A DNA stretch of 64,000 bases from Escherichia phage vB_EcoM_LMP25, in sequence record MK482688.1; one strand, given 5' to 3'. The notes under the pieces were generated by a model. That model was given only the letters and a program-made list of their open reading frames with translations, did not search any database and was not told the DNA's origin. The position numbers and the translations under genes were made by a program. Numbering within the stretch: position 1 is the first letter of the stretch; each line of letters begins with the position of its first letter. Positions 9,220-17,545 of this stretch are shown one piece after another.

Positions 9220-9341
9220 GAAAAAATTTTAAAAATATTTTTGGCAAAACTGTAATGAAACGGGCGCACACAACTACCACAAAACAGAACACAAATCAAG
9301 AATTATTTTTCAATCCGCTACAAATTTTTCTCTTGACTTTT

Positions 9342-9372
9342 GGGGAGAGGGGGAGTAAGAGGGGGAGAGGGG
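9342..9372 (+). repeat. polypurine mirror repeat / G-quadruplex motif
   Basis: GGGGagaGGGGGagtaagaGGGGGagaGGGG; four G-runs of 4-5 with loops of 3, 7 and 3 nt. Confidence 0.6.
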
Positions 9373-9395
9373 TTGGTCTGGCTCTCTATAAAAAC

Positions 9396-9590
9396 CTACC
9401 TGCACAAATCTAAAATGATTTTTCTTGCCCGACCTGAGTGTGGTCTGCACGTTTTGAAAATGAAAAAGCTCTTTGGAGATTATCTGCACAGTTTGAAAAT
9501 GAATTTTCTCTTTGGAGTTCAAAATTCTCTCTACAGATTTCTCTACAGAACTCTACCTGCACAATTCTGAAATGAAAAAGCCCTCCTTAC
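9396..9590. repeat. four direct repeats CTGCAC-N3-TTGAAAATGA at about 40 bp spacing
   Basis: Copies near 9405, 9440, 9484 and 9560 on + strand; no ORF. Confidence 0.5.
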
Positions 9591-9648
9591 CTGAAAAATT
9601 TACCAGATAAGAAAGGCTTAGGCTATTGTGAATATCCTACAGAGTTTC

Positions 9649-10434
9649 TTAGTTCTTTGCGTCTAAGAAGGTAACTTCTGGTGAAGAGAAAACTGTCTCG
9701 ATATCCTCATCAGTTCTTGCATAGATATAAGTATCTGCATCACTGCCAAATGTTACTGCAATCCTGTGATTGCTCTTCGACAGGTGGGTAACTAGAGCGT
9801 TACTTAGAGACATCTTTTCAACCGGAGGGTTACTTTGATGTATCTTACCTTTTCTTCGTCTGAAGAGGGTAACTGCGTTATCTGTGAACACTGCTACACC
9901 TGCAAAGTATTCTGGTTCACAGTAGTTCTTCCAACCTGAGCGTAACTTGTGGTACATCTCTCCTTCGTAGACATAAAGATACACATCTACACTCTTCATC
10001 ACCTGATTAATGATAACTGTGACGGCTTGAGGGTCTAGTCCACCGATACCTGCACCAATCATAGGTAACCCAACTTTCTTCAACTGATTGACTTCACAGT
10101 ATCTGTTAAGTTGTTTCAAAGATGACTCTAAAGCACTGTATCGGGCATCTTTACCAGTCTTAAGCTGAGTGTAAAGGTTAGCTATACGGCCTTGTTCTAA
10201 ACGTGCTACAGAGAAATTACCCAGTAGATTTTCACAGGGTTTGTGACCTATACCACCTGCATAGAGGTAAACTTCTGTATCGGTCTCATATGCTTTTGGG
10301 TAAAGTTTAGAAATCTTGTCAGCGATACCTGCACCCATTAAATTCATACAGTTGCAACCGTGACCAATGATGTCAAACTTACCTTTATCAAATGCTGCAA
10401 AGATATCGCCATTGATGATTTTTACAATACCCAT
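9649..10434 (-). CDS. macro-domain-like protein (putative ADP-ribose binding/processing) with unknown C-terminal domain
   Basis: N-terminal GDIF..DIIGHGCNCMNLMGAGIADKI and GLPMIGAGIGGLD resemble macro-domain Gly-rich motifs (from memory). Confidence 0.45.
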   Translation of the reverse strand: MGIVKIINGDIFAAFDKGKFDIIGHGCNCMNLMGAGIADKISKLYPKAYETDTEVYLYAGGIGHKPCENLLGNFSVARLEQGRIANLYTQLKTGKDARYSALESSLKQLNRYCEVNQLKKVGLPMIGAGIGGLDPQAVTVIINQVMKSVDVYLYVYEGEMYHKLRSGWKNYCEPEYFAGVAVFTDNAVTLFRRRKGKIHQSNPPVEKMSLSNALVTHLSKSNHRIAVTFGSDADTYIYARTDEDIETVFSSPEVTFLDAKN

Positions 10435-10635
10435 TTAACATCTCTCCCAAGATTCTTTATCTTCTGAAGGTTTTACACGTTGCCCTTCGTGGTCTACCCA
10501 GATGCACCCACAACCTTCACAGATTACTGGCATTGCGTAGCCAGCTTTAAAGTCATCTTCAGTGATAAGACCTTTTAAGTCACCTGTATCACGTCCGAAC
10601 ATTTCGATAGAACAATCTTTACAGAAGTCAGCCAT
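10435..10635 (-). CDS. small zinc-ribbon protein
   Basis: CKDC...CEGCGC cysteine pairs; ATG at 10635 (track start 10713 is further upstream). Confidence 0.4.
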   Translation of the reverse strand: MADFCKDCSIEMFGRDTGDLKGLITEDDFKAGYAMPVICEGCGCIWVDHEGQRVKPSEDKESWERC

Positions 10636-10855
10636 GAATAATTGCCTCTTGAATGATGATACCTTTACCACAACGACTTTTAAAGTCTTCCAATGGTTCA
10701 GAGATGAAGCCACGTAAGCAGTCAGTGAATACTAAGTTCTTCCTGTAAGCTATCACATCATTTGCTGTAAATGGGATGACCTCATTTCGTCCAATGAACA
10801 CTGCTGACCTGATAAGCTTTCGTGTCTTTTTATCTCTGGCTAGTATTACTTTCAT
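10628..10855 (-). CDS. hypothetical protein
   Basis: 75 aa, ATG verified. Confidence 0.45.
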   Translation of the reverse strand: MKVILARDKKTRKLIRSAVFIGRNEVIPFTANDVIAYRKNLVFTDCLRGFISEPLEDFKSRCGKGIIIQEAIIHG

Positions 10856-11156
10856 AGTTTACCTTCTCAGTTAGCTCATATAAATCAACATGCTCAATAC
10901 TATCAATGTTGATATCAATCTTTTTGAAGCGTTCTATCACTTCGTTGTCAGTCATCCATATCAGACACCAATGATTCTGAATGGATTCTTCAAGAAGGTC
11001 AACACAATCTTTAAAAGTTTTTGTGTCACTTCTTGTTCCGACCACTGCAATTGTTCCATATAGCCACTTACCATTGCCGTAAGTTACTTGTGCTACGCCA
11101 ACTTCTTTATCTTTCTCGTAGTAAACGGCTACAAAGTCTCTTCCATTAATCTGCAT
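10830..11156 (-). CDS. hypothetical protein
   Basis: 108 aa, ATG verified. Confidence 0.5.
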   Translation of the reverse strand: MQINGRDFVAVYYEKDKEVGVAQVTYGNGKWLYGTIAVVGTRSDTKTFKDCVDLLEESIQNHWCLIWMTDNEVIERFKKIDINIDSIEHVDLYELTEKVNYESNTSQR

Positions 11157-11158
11157 AG

Positions 11159-11428
11159 TTACTTCCTCGTTTTAAGAACTGCTAAGATTTCTTTAGAATC
11201 TGGTAAGAACCATGTGTAGTGATTCTCTTTGATTTCTGGATGAGTGTCAACCTTTATTTTGCAATCTTTACCAACATGCTTAAGCTGTGCTGTGACACCT
11301 TGCATAAAGATATGACACATCACATTATCCATAATGGTTGGTAAGAAATCGATTCGCATATAAGTTTCTTTTGGTCGTGGCAACAGTAAGTAACCTTCTA
11401 CATAGAAAGTGTCTTGATTCTCTGTCAT
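11159..11428 (-). CDS. hypothetical protein
   Basis: 89 aa, ATGA overlap with upstream gene. Confidence 0.5.
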   Translation of the reverse strand: MTENQDTFYVEGYLLLPRPKETYMRIDFLPTIMDNVMCHIFMQGVTAQLKHVGKDCKIKVDTHPEIKENHYTWFLPDSKEILAVLKTRK

Positions 11429-11694
11429 TGCTGCTTATTCCCTAATAAAATCATGTCAATAAGGTTATTAGCTTTAATTGTACACTGGTAAAAGCCGTCA
11501 CGGTAGAACTCAAGTGCTGCTGCTACATCACTGCCTGTGTTGCCTTTGATGATATACCGTGATTCTTCTTGAGTGTACTTATCACTCTCACTTACTTGGG
11601 AGTTTTTGAATGTACTGTTCACTTTGTTCGTTGAACATCCTGACATAATTATCAGTAACACAAACATTATAAAACTCTGGCTTAGTTTTTTCAT
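11425..11694 (-). CDS. putative lipoprotein (possible o-spanin-like)
   Basis: Signal peptide with lipobox LIIMSG-C; start lies 107 nt inside the 3' end of the upstream membrane-protein gene in another frame. Confidence 0.45.
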   Translation of the reverse strand: MKKLSQSFIMFVLLIIMSGCSTNKVNSTFKNSQVSESDKYTQEESRYIIKGNTGSDVAAALEFYRDGFYQCTIKANNLIDMILLGNKQQ

Positions 11695-11935
11695 ATGTTA
11701 GTACCTCTTTTGTGTGCTTATTCTTAGCAAGCACATCTTTCAAATCATTTTTGTAATTGGCGCTCAGTGTAACTAATCCTTCCTGATAAGCATCTTTAGC
11801 AACACTTATGAGCTTTTGATTGTTTAGCTCAGTTTCAGCAACTTGGTAGTCTCTGTAAGAGTACCCTCCCCAGACACCCGCCCCAACTAAGAAAACAATT
11901 ATGAAAGTAGCTTGACAGAACTCTTTAAATGTCAT
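11588..11935 (-). CDS. type II membrane protein (possible i-spanin-like)
   Basis: N-terminal TM FIIVFLVGAGVWGG then helical domain; overlapped by lipoprotein gene. Confidence 0.45.
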   Translation of the reverse strand: MTFKEFCQATFIIVFLVGAGVWGGYSYRDYQVAETELNNQKLISVAKDAYQEGLVTLSANYKNDLKDVLAKNKHTKEVLTYEKTKPEFYNVCVTDNYVRMFNEQSEQYIQKLPSK

Positions 11936-11955
11936 TTAACAATCTCCTGAAATGA

Positions 11956-11980
11956 AAAAGGCTCCCGAAGGAGCCTGTAT
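11956..11980 (-). terminator. rho-independent terminator
   Basis: On - strand AGGCTCC-UUCG-GGAGCCT followed by TTTTTCATTT. Confidence 0.6.
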
Positions 11981-11987
11981 CTTAACC

Positions 11988-12452
11988 TTAACCGAGGACT
12001 TTAGCAAGGATATTCGCAGCCATCGAAGAAGCTTTTGCAGCAGCAACTACGCCAGCTTTGACAGTGCTATCCTTAATAGCAGATACCGTTGCAGCATCAG
12101 TAAAGAGATAAGTGATTGTTTTGGAACCACTTGTAAAGGAAAGCATAAGAGTAGTTTCCAGATTGAAAGAGCGATACGGAGCACCTTCTTTAACGATACC
12201 TTCAGCACCTAACTCTGAAGCCTTACCCATATCATAGATAGTCATCAGGTTTTCTTTGTGTGCAGTCGTTGAACCAACACCTTTTACGTGCTTCTTAACG
12301 TTCAACAATGCACGATATTCACGAATGCTGCCATCAGCTTTTACATTAACAGCACGAAAAATTTTACCTTCAAAGTTACCTTGAATCATTTTACGAACTA
12401 CTGCGGATTTGTTTACCGTATCGTCCAGTGCTACCGTAATGATATTGTTCAT
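11988..12452 (-). CDS. hypothetical protein
   Basis: 154 aa; strong terminator immediately downstream. Confidence 0.5.
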   Translation of the reverse strand: MNNIITVALDDTVNKSAVVRKMIQGNFEGKIFRAVNVKADGSIREYRALLNVKKHVKGVGSTTAHKENLMTIYDMGKASELGAEGIVKEGAPYRSFNLETTLMLSFTSGSKTITYLFTDAATVSAIKDSTVKAGVVAAAKASSMAANILAKVLG

Positions 12453-12462
12453 AAGTTTTCTC

Positions 12463-13158
12463 TCAATGTTTAACTAACATGGTTTTAATGTGTGGAAGGA
12501 TTCTGTTCACCTTTTGCACATTCTTCTCTGTGTCTTCTATAAAACATACTATATTAAAGTAAGGCAGAATGCAAGACTGAATCATCCTCACTTTCAAACT
12601 TTCTGCACTTATAGAGTTAGTCCCAAAACCACGCATAAAAAGCATGTAATCATGCTCTATGTAATGCCTTAAAAACATCTCAGTAGGTATTCTCTGAGAT
12701 TCACCTCTCGCTGTCAAGAGTCCAATGGCGGCATGATTAGCAATTGCATCAATAATATTGAAAACATACGTTGGTTTTGCTCTTACAGAGTCAAGCAAAT
12801 TAGTGTACTGTGAAAATGACCCATCAATCAATTCCGTTGAGTAATCTTCGTGATTAAAATTTGTAAGAACACCATCAATGTCTGCTAAGATAAGGTTACC
12901 TTTTTCTACAAGGTCTTTATTGACTATGACTAAGCTGTCACGCCTTACACCTATAGTTTGTCCAGTCTCTTTATCTACAACATTCACAATTGTCTCTAAT
13001 GTGTGGAACTCTTCGAGTGAACATACAACTTCTCTTGCGGTATCTTCAAAATCCCTACACTGTTCTGGAGTCCATACACAGGAATCAAGACCTAACTCAT
13101 GAGGATGTAAGTCATAAGCATGACACAGTACTTCATCAGACTTTCTTAATTTTTTCAT
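12463..13158 (-). CDS. HAD-superfamily phosphatase / nucleotidase-like
   Basis: LADIDGVLT matches HAD motif I (DxDG). Confidence 0.5.
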   Translation of the reverse strand: MKKLRKSDEVLCHAYDLHPHELGLDSCVWTPEQCRDFEDTAREVVCSLEEFHTLETIVNVVDKETGQTIGVRRDSLVIVNKDLVEKGNLILADIDGVLTNFNHEDYSTELIDGSFSQYTNLLDSVRAKPTYVFNIIDAIANHAAIGLLTARGESQRIPTEMFLRHYIEHDYMLFMRGFGTNSISAESLKVRMIQSCILPYFNIVCFIEDTEKNVQKVNRILPHIKTMLVKH

Positions 13159-13684
13159 GATTTACCTTAGAAATGTTTGTTGCAAATTCACATTGAGCAA
13201 TAACTTTCATGTTGTTATAGACATCTTGAGAATATTTCTTAGCTTTAGGGATTCTGTACGAATACCCAGCATTATATGATGCTAAAACTTTTTGTAAAGT
13301 TTTCTTTGACTTTGGCTGACCATGCACCTTTGTCCAAAATTCAAGTTCTTTGTGCGTTTCCTTTGCAGCATAGTCAAAGTCTCTTAAGAGTTTCTTTTTA
13401 GCCACATTAGGACTAATTTTGTTACGCTTTACAACAGTCTTCAAGTGATTCTGGAAAATACCATAATCATGTGTCTTTTTATTCTCTACCTTCAGACCTA
13501 ACTCTGACTCTTGTAAGGCTATAGCAGCTAGAGTGATACCCCAACCTTTACCCATGTTATTCTCACCATACTGGTAAGCTTTTAACATGTTTACTTTTTG
13601 GCTAATTGATAGCTCTGGGCAGTCAACTGCATAAGATAAGTGTGCTGTAAACATTAAGCACAAACCTAGAATCAATTTCTTCAT
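13136..13684 (-). CDS. secreted lytic transglycosylase (SLT domain)
   Basis: Cleavable signal peptide, catalytic-region ALQESELG, and ASYNAGYSY (AYNAG-like) motif. Confidence 0.55.
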   Translation of the reverse strand: MKKLILGLCLMFTAHLSYAVDCPELSISQKVNMLKAYQYGENNMGKGWGITLAAIALQESELGLKVENKKTHDYGIFQNHLKTVVKRNKISPNVAKKKLLRDFDYAAKETHKELEFWTKVHGQPKSKKTLQKVLASYNAGYSYRIPKAKKYSQDVYNNMKVIAQCEFATNISKVNHEKIKKV

Positions 13685-13747
13685 TGGTTCTCCTGTTTAG
13701 TTTATCGTGACAACAATTATACAGCACTCTGCACAAAATACAAATAA

Positions 13748-13778
13748 AAAAGGCCGCCGAAGCAGCCTTTTAAGAAAT
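13748..13778 (-). terminator. rho-independent terminator
   Basis: On - strand GGCTGC-UUCG-GCGGCC followed by TTTTTTATTT. Confidence 0.5.
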
Positions 13779-13784
13779 TACTTA

Positions 13785-14894
13785 TTAGATTTCACGTTTA
13801 CGTTGAGAGATGAGTTCACCAGCAGTGCCAACGATGACATGCAAAGCTTCAGTCTTACCGTCCCATGCTTCCAGCACTTTACGTTGATTATCAACGATTG
13901 CTGCAACTTCATAACGAGAGGAACGCATCTTCATATCGTTGTAATCAGTTGGAACAGATACAACATCTCGTGGATGTACGCGAACCTTCAGGATTGTATC
14001 ACCTGAGAAGCAACGAACATAATCCCAAGCACCAACATGAAGACCTTGAGAGCAAGTTACGTTACGGTTATTATCAACCATCCAACGTGGCATTTCTACA
14101 ATGTTACCCAAATCATTAGGCACTTTGTAGGTGTGAGAGTCAACCAGCTTGCCTTCACGAGTAGAGACTTTCTTCCAACCAATGATGTAGCCTTCTTCAT
14201 CAATCTCAACATCAAGGTGAGATACAAATCCCCAAAGTTGTTCTACAGAATCTTTAGATGGGTTTTCCATCAGTTTTTCGAAGAACATTACAAGTCGTTC
14301 AAAACCTTTATCGCCAGTTTTCATCATGTGAAGAATACGGTCAACCAGAGTAGAACGCATCTCAACAGCACCGTAGAATAGCTTGTCACCTTTGATTGTG
14401 ATAGCACCCTGAGTGAAGTTTTCGATAGACTTACGAATGTTCATCAGTTCAAAGGCTTTCTTAAACTCACCTTTCACAACATGAACTACAATCTCTTGAT
14501 AGTTCGGATGAGTAGATTCAACAATTTCAGACTCTGAACCGTAAGTCATAATTACAGAGTCACCAGTAATCATGTACTCAATCTTGTCATCTTTCTGCAT
14601 AGCTTCATGCAGTTTATTTACTGGAGCTTTCTGTACAGCCTCTTTAACAACCTTTTCAACTGGTTTGCCAGTTTTCTTTTTAACTGACTTAGCAACTTGC
14701 TTTAGGGTCTTCTTAGCTGGCTTAGAAGTTGCCTTTTTCTTACCTTTTAAGGTTGCTTCATGACGCTCTACAGCACGACCAACTGAACGGGTTGAAGTAT
14801 TGAACTTCTGTGCGATAGCTGTTTTAGTCAGCTTACCTTCTTTAACCAGTTCGTAAATTTCTGCGTCAATCTGTGCTTTAGTTTTAGTAGTCAT
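13785..14894 (-). CDS. rIIB: rIIB-like protein (putative)
   Basis: Immediately downstream of rIIA-like gene on same strand, 369 aa with N-terminal HTH-like and Lys-rich linker; assignment by synteny only. Confidence 0.4.
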   Translation of the reverse strand: MTTKTKAQIDAEIYELVKEGKLTKTAIAQKFNTSTRSVGRAVERHEATLKGKKKATSKPAKKTLKQVAKSVKKKTGKPVEKVVKEAVQKAPVNKLHEAMQKDDKIEYMITGDSVIMTYGSESEIVESTHPNYQEIVVHVVKGEFKKAFELMNIRKSIENFTQGAITIKGDKLFYGAVEMRSTLVDRILHMMKTGDKGFERLVMFFEKLMENPSKDSVEQLWGFVSHLDVEIDEEGYIIGWKKVSTREGKLVDSHTYKVPNDLGNIVEMPRWMVDNNRNVTCSQGLHVGAWDYVRCFSGDTILKVRVHPRDVVSVPTDYNDMKMRSSRYEVAAIVDNQRKVLEAWDGKTEALHVIVGTAGELISQRKREI

Positions 14895-14944
14895 CTTATT
14901 ACTCTCTCTTGTTAGTTAATAAATCATTTTGTAATGCTATTCTA

Positions 14945-14964
14945 AGGGGCTTTGAAGCCCCTTG
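14945..14964 (-). other. intergenic stem-loop GGGGCTTCAAAGCCCC
   Basis: Perfect 7 bp stem between rIIA-like and rIIB-like genes. Confidence 0.4.
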
Positions 14965-14973
14965 TCAAACACT

Positions 14974-17340
14974 TTAATCGTAAATTGTAGTCCCTTCTGG
15001 AACACACTTCACATCAAAGCCTAAGAACTTACTCACTTCGATGGGTGACACTTTATTCCAATCTAAATGAGAAAGCAAGAAGTTTTCTTGTTTTCTTTTT
15101 GAAAGGTAGTTTGTCACCTTAATGACCATACGGTCACCAGCTTTCTTAATTTTCTTGTACAGCTTTGTATCATTGTCAAGGCAGTCTTTCAAAGTTTGCA
15201 ACCTACTAATAGTGTAAGTATATGCAAACGGTGCAGCAACGTATTGGATTTTACCAAACATTGCCTCTACAGCATCTTCATTGCCTTCTAAGAAGATAGT
15301 TTTGTTTGTATCCCGTGAATAACAATAGCCACGAGAAATCTTCCTGTTATTGAACGTAAAGTTTCTGGCAATAATCCAACTGCTTGTAAGGTCGAGGACA
15401 CCATTCATATAGATACGTGTCATATACCTGTTATGATTAATCCAATGAACATCAGTTAAGCTGTCGTTCAAGAGCTTCTCATCTACTTCAATCCAGTCTT
15501 CTGGTATCTTTTTCCAATTTGCTTTTCGGAAAACATAGACTGTCTTACCTGTAACATTAGCAACTGACTTAGCTACATCTTCTGGAGATGAGCAAAAACA
15601 TTCGCCATCAACTGTGTCACCAACTGCCTTAATGTAAAGCTGAGGTTCTTCAATTGTATCAAAGTCCTCTGAAACCTCTTTATAGGAAGCTACACCTTCT
15701 GCTGGAACAGCTTTCCAGAGTTTTACAACACCTCTTACAGCTTCTTTACGCTGATAATGGTGTTCCTTATCAGACATCTTCACAATCTTTAACAAGCTTT
15801 TATCAAGTTTGTGCAGATTGATTAGGTCGTCTAACTCTTTTTCAGTCGAGAATACAAAGACAATACCATTGTATCTGTGAAACAGACTAGACTCACTGGC
15901 ATAGTCTCGACATGCACCACGCAAGATTTGATTGCGTCCTACAGTTTTCTCAGTACCATTTTTATTGCGACGGTCATTTATAACAAACAAAAACTGTTCA
16001 ATTTGGCTTTTACGCATTGCGCCAAAGATATTGAACATACTTGCCTCTTGAGTGTAGGAAAGCGATGTTGCACGAATCTTACTCTCTAAAGAGTTGAACT
16101 TGACATAAGCAACTGGGTCATAAAGATAATCTACTTTAGGTATATTGTTCCCGTTCCTATCAACCTTAATATTACCTTTACCGTCACGTTCATAAATGAC
16201 TGAGCCGTCTTCTGCGTAGATAATTCCACGACGAATGTTTAGTAATTCTTCTTCCAGAGAATCAAGCTTAACACCACCCCACTCTAGCTTTGGACACACA
16301 GCATTAAACATCTCTCGTGAGTTCAAACGTAACTCAGCATAAGCCTGTGCAGCATCCATGAGTGTAGGTTGGCTATTAACTTTCTTGATAACATCCTTTG
16401 TAATGGCTTCAGTTATCTTTTTAGTAGCCTCAATGATAACATTTTTTGTCGTGTCATTCATCTGCAATGCTTCACGAGAAGCTGCAATAGCAACTGAACC
16501 AATAGGCATGTAGATGTTTACAAGGTCTACGCTCCTGCGGAAAAATTCTGGTAATACTTTGAAGAAATCATCACCAAGTAATGCCTCCATATTAACTGGG
16601 TAGGCAATATTACCCATAACCACGTTAAACTCTGTTCTATTGCTGCTTGAACGCCAGCTATGCTTATGAGTCATGGCATCATAGACACCTTCTTCACGAG
16701 CAATCACATCCATATCTGCTAATATATCATTATACTCCACATTACTCTCTGGTTTTACAGCAAAGTATGAGTATACATTACCAGCCTCTTCAAAGAACTT
16801 TGAAATACGGTGGTCAGCAACTGCCACACGTACAGCTAAACCATTAGGTTCTTTTGTTGGGTTAGTGGTAAGCTTAGTTACTTGAGGGATACCATTCTCA
16901 AGATAAACAGAGTACTTATTAACAACACCGTCAACATAGCTAGACACTGTGAATGACTGAGCAATTGCAAATGGAGATTTTGAGCCGATACCCATTGCAC
17001 CAATGTAGTCATTAGAGTCATTCTTCGTAGAAGCCCCGTAGTTTAGGTACAAACTCATAACTTTATCATGAGTCAATCCAGTTCCAAAATCACGGACTTC
17101 AAAGTAAGGTTCAAAACGAGTAGGTAAATGCACATGGAACGGGATATTCTCTTTTCCAGCTTCTTTCTGAGCATCTACTGCGTTACATGACAGTTCACGA
17201 ATCACTGCCCTTTCTTTAAAGGTATATACACCAGAACTCAAAAGGCTGAACATTTCAGGTGTCATTGTAATCTGTGCTTGAGACGTCTCTAAAGAAGTTG
17301 AACTCTTAATCACTTCTGCGTGGTCATTTACCATGCGCAT
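14974..17340 (-). CDS. rIIA: rIIA-like protein with GHKL-type ATPase domain
   Basis: N-box ELSCNAVDA, G1 box RDFGTGL, G2 box GAMGIGSKS; 788 aa. Confidence 0.6.
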   Translation of the reverse strand: MRMVNDHAEVIKSSTSLETSQAQITMTPEMFSLLSSGVYTFKERAVIRELSCNAVDAQKEAGKENIPFHVHLPTRFEPYFEVRDFGTGLTHDKVMSLYLNYGASTKNDSNDYIGAMGIGSKSPFAIAQSFTVSSYVDGVVNKYSVYLENGIPQVTKLTTNPTKEPNGLAVRVAVADHRISKFFEEAGNVYSYFAVKPESNVEYNDILADMDVIAREEGVYDAMTHKHSWRSSSNRTEFNVVMGNIAYPVNMEALLGDDFFKVLPEFFRRSVDLVNIYMPIGSVAIAASREALQMNDTTKNVIIEATKKITEAITKDVIKKVNSQPTLMDAAQAYAELRLNSREMFNAVCPKLEWGGVKLDSLEEELLNIRRGIIYAEDGSVIYERDGKGNIKVDRNGNNIPKVDYLYDPVAYVKFNSLESKIRATSLSYTQEASMFNIFGAMRKSQIEQFLFVINDRRNKNGTEKTVGRNQILRGACRDYASESSLFHRYNGIVFVFSTEKELDDLINLHKLDKSLLKIVKMSDKEHHYQRKEAVRGVVKLWKAVPAEGVASYKEVSEDFDTIEEPQLYIKAVGDTVDGECFCSSPEDVAKSVANVTGKTVYVFRKANWKKIPEDWIEVDEKLLNDSLTDVHWINHNRYMTRIYMNGVLDLTSSWIIARNFTFNNRKISRGYCYSRDTNKTIFLEGNEDAVEAMFGKIQYVAAPFAYTYTISRLQTLKDCLDNDTKLYKKIKKAGDRMVIKVTNYLSKRKQENFLLSHLDWNKVSPIEVSKFLGFDVKCVPEGTTIYD

Positions 17341-17368
17341 AATACTTTCCTCTTAGTTTACTGTTAAA

Positions 17369-17545
17369 TTACTTATTAAACATTTTACCAGAACCACCAC
17401 ACATAGGGCAACAACCTGCTCTTGTATACCCTTCTCCGTTACAGTAGTCACACTTCTTGTGTTCTGCAAAGTACTTACAAAGAAGATAAACAAGAACTGC
17501 TACACTACCGAGTGACAGTAAAATTTCTATCCAATATGCTTGCAT
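17369..17545 (-). CDS. small membrane protein with DnaJ-type CxxCxGxG zinc-finger motifs
   Basis: 58 aa not in ORF track: TM helix then CDYCNGEG and CPMCGGSG; GAGGTG 5 nt before ATG. Confidence 0.4.
   Translation of the reverse strand: MQAYWIEILLSLGSVAVLVYLLCKYFAEHKKCDYCNGEGYTRAGCCPMCGGSGKMFNK

Noticed and set aside
9310-9570. ORF-track ORFs 9310..9522 (-) and 9340..9570 (+)
   Set aside because: They are translations of the polypurine mirror repeat and iteron region, overlap each other on opposite strands, and have no SD or plausible start.
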